Positions 62,130 to 64,000 of a DNA stretch of 64,000 nt are shown here, in pieces. The notes below the pieces were generated by a model. The model was not told where the DNA came from. It was given only the letters and a program-made list of their open reading frames with translations, and made no database searches. Each line of letters starts with the position of its first letter. The stretch's first letter is position 1. Origin of the DNA: an uncultured delta proteobacterium (GTDB taxonomy: Bacteria; Desulfobacterota; RBG-13-43-22); NCBI GenBank assembly GCA_963711835.1, contig CAVQFQ010000017.1:1-64000 (forward strand), given 5' to 3'. Position numbers and translations under genes: made by a program.

Positions 62130-62352
62130 TCCCCGATTTTAGAACTTTAAAAAGATATTCGAAAATTCTGCTCAAACTTCTTCATCCATCCTTAAAAGCC
62201 AGGAGAGAACCGATCTTAGAGAAGCCTCTGAAGATGCCCATAGATTTTGAGATCTGGCACCAGTCATGGAGGTATTTGAGGACCTTCCAATCGGTGTCGC
62301 TGTTATCAACGATGAACAGCTCACTGCCGGTCAGGCTGGTGCGTTTGGGCAT
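62130..62352 (-). pseudogene. Decayed 5' remnant of a probable PLD/SNF2 helicase-type gene
   Basis: [36 protein letters not shown]...IGSLLA, then stop codons. Family assignment is from memory. Confidence 0.5.
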
Positions 62353-62728
62353 GGGGTTTGTCTCCGGTTCCGTGGGTTATCTTTTCGAAAATCTATCCCG
62401 ACTTATTCCCCTCATTCTGCCCCCCTCTCAGGGGTATTGCCTTTTTTCTGCCAAACAAGATCTTAGGTGCCTGGTCTTGACATTTGAGATAAGGCCTGTC
62501 TCTTACCACCTGTTCTTATCTTAAACTAAGTAGGCCATCCTTTTTATGGTACACCTTAAAATAAGAAAACCCCACTTCCTTTTACAAAAAATGGGGTCTT
62601 GTCGGACTGCTTCATGGACCGGCCTTTCGGTTATAACTTATATTCACCGCAGAAGTCTAAGAGAACGCAGAGACTTTATCTTCCTAAAAGAACTCCATGA
62701 CCTAAAGAAATTGAATCTGGGCTTAGTG

Positions 62729-63007
62729 TTATCCCTTTATCAGGTCGTAATCATATATTTCCTTGTGATGGCCTATATAAAGAAAAACGACTTTATCCTT
62801 TTTAAGGAATCGAAAGATTATCCTATGTTGGAGGTCTACTCGAAATGACCAGACATTGAAATGCTTAGGGTGAAGCTTCTCAACTCGGAGGGATGGATGA
62901 AAGGGATTCTCTCTAAAGAGATCTGATTTCTTAACGGCTTTATGCTGAAGGGTTCTGTTTAATTTCTCGAATAAAGAGTCAAAAGTCTCGGTGGTTATGA
63001 TTTCCAT
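62729..63007 (-). CDS. RelE-superfamily toxin
   Basis: NPFHPSLRVEKL...WSFRVD..HRIIF...IGHH. Confidence 0.82.
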   Translation of the reverse strand: MEIITTETFDSLFEKLNRTLQHKAVKKSDLFRENPFHPSLRVEKLHPKHFNVWSFRVDLQHRIIFRFLKKDKVVFLYIGHHKEIYDYDLIKG

Positions 63008-63229
63008 TTAACCGGAAACGAGTTCGGCCAGGGATGGACGTTTTTTGAATCTGCCGTTTTTTAAATCTCTCTCCGATTTGGCCAAGGTTTGAATGAACTC
63101 AGATTTAAACAGACCGGATGCGGAACAGAAAGCCTCCAGATCATCTTTCCTGACGCTTAGATGGATATACTCGCGGTCTTCTCCGGCAATTTTGGCCCTG
63201 ATTCCACTCATAGATATCTCCTCGTTCAT
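63008..63229 (-). CDS. Probable antitoxin
   Basis: Small ORF abutting the toxin; SERDLKNGR tail typical of RelE partners. Confidence 0.65.
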   Translation of the reverse strand: MNEEISMSGIRAKIAGEDREYIHLSVRKDDLEAFCSASGLFKSEFIQTLAKSERDLKNGRFKKRPSLAELVSG

Positions 63230-63381
63230 TTGGATACCATTTTACCAGTAGAAAGATTATTTTTCAACATTCTTATGCCAGACCATCAAGAAGACCCGGA
63301 CGGGACCCGGAACGTTTGTCCAAGAGTTGCTTCTTTTCCGGCCTCAACACAAAAAGCTAATCAAATTATGACGTTCTCCAA

Positions 63382-63816
63382 CTAAAAAGTTCCCAATTGG
63401 CAGGAAGAGATTTTAATTTTCAAGGCCTCACAGGCTGAAGAGATTTCCCTTTTAGCTATTTTGAATTTCATCGCTATCTCCCAAGCTGAGGCACAGGGAA
63501 GTTTCTCCTTAAGCAGGGATTCCCGTATGGCCGCCTCCATGGCCGGGGATACGATTTCTGCTGCTTTAACCCCTTTATCAGGGGGGCCATATCCAAAAAG
63601 CCCGAGCTGGCATTTAATGACGGGTATTTCTAGTAAATCTATAGTAATACCCACTTCATCCGGTGCTACTTTTAATTTACTGGCGACTTTAAAGGCAGCG
63701 GTGCAGGTTATTTTTCCATCAGAGGCCCCTTGTTTCACAGCCTCGGCGATTGCCGGATTCAACTTAAGTTCCGGCGCGTGTTTTTTTCCATAACCACCTT
63801 TGTCTTTGTGTGTCAT
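63382..63816 (-). CDS. Hypothetical protein with duplicated C..A / CQLG.F module
   Basis: Two repeats: ITCTAAF...CQLGLF and LPCASAW...CQLGTF. Confidence 0.7.
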   Translation of the reverse strand: MTHKDKGGYGKKHAPELKLNPAIAEAVKQGASDGKITCTAAFKVASKLKVAPDEVGITIDLLEIPVIKCQLGLFGYGPPDKGVKAAEIVSPAMEAAIRESLLKEKLPCASAWEIAMKFKIAKREISSACEALKIKISSCQLGTF

Positions 63817-64000
63817 GAATTCCCTCCCCGATAGTCCTTTATCCAACTTCGAATTCTAAATCTTTTTTTTAGATTATCCTTTTTCTGTCCAAAACGGCAG
63901 TATTAATTAGAAACCAAACGTTGTTTTTTATTTTTAAGCATTAAATCCTTTTTCCGCAAGAATTTTAATTCTTTCGTTTTTTAATTACCGGTGAAAAAGG

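Noticed and set aside
48100-63300. Classical integron cassette array
   Set aside because: No integrase and no recognisable RYYYAAC...GTTRRRY attC sites.
1-64000. tRNA/rRNA genes, autonomous transposases, prophage
   Set aside because: None recognisable by eye; a tRNAscan/ISEScan run would be needed to exclude them formally.

Overview
Bacterial chromosomal window, most likely from an anaerobic Desulfobacterota (deltaproteobacterial) genome; this is inferred from gene content. Many single-base frameshifts from about 38 kb onward suggest an imperfectly polished long-read assembly. The first part holds the end of a glycine/betaine/sarcosine-reductase operon (selenoprotein B read through UGA with a SECIS hairpin, thioredoxin, GrdC), an ADP-forming acyl-CoA ligase, YifB/ComM, a TetR-SulP-two-component cluster, PBP1A, an AttEFGH-like exporter and a ThiI-like enzyme. 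A first toxin-antitoxin/defence-debris island lies at 25.3-29.9 kb. It is followed by a TetR-regulated acyl-CoA uptake and catabolism cluster and a frhB-like/iorAB operon. A large minus-strand defence island spans 48-63 kb: AlbA-HATPase, HEPN-MNT, DUF3800 remnant, BrnTA, SIR2-like gene, type I RM with an internal AbiF-like gene, ATPase/DUF4276 and RelE. The most striking unannotated signal is a three-copy non-coding element (3249-3555, 14358-14742, 18359-18690). Two different MITE-like shells with target-site duplications carry the same inner module, a rod-shaped, 6S-RNA-like sequence bounded by long inverted repeats, and this module is flipped relative to its shell between two copies. Other notable items are a promoter-plus-terminator structured RNA convergent on a DUF3800 gene, an abiF-like RNA hairpin, an HsdS with two near-identical TRDs, and a UxxSxxC variant of the GrdB active site.
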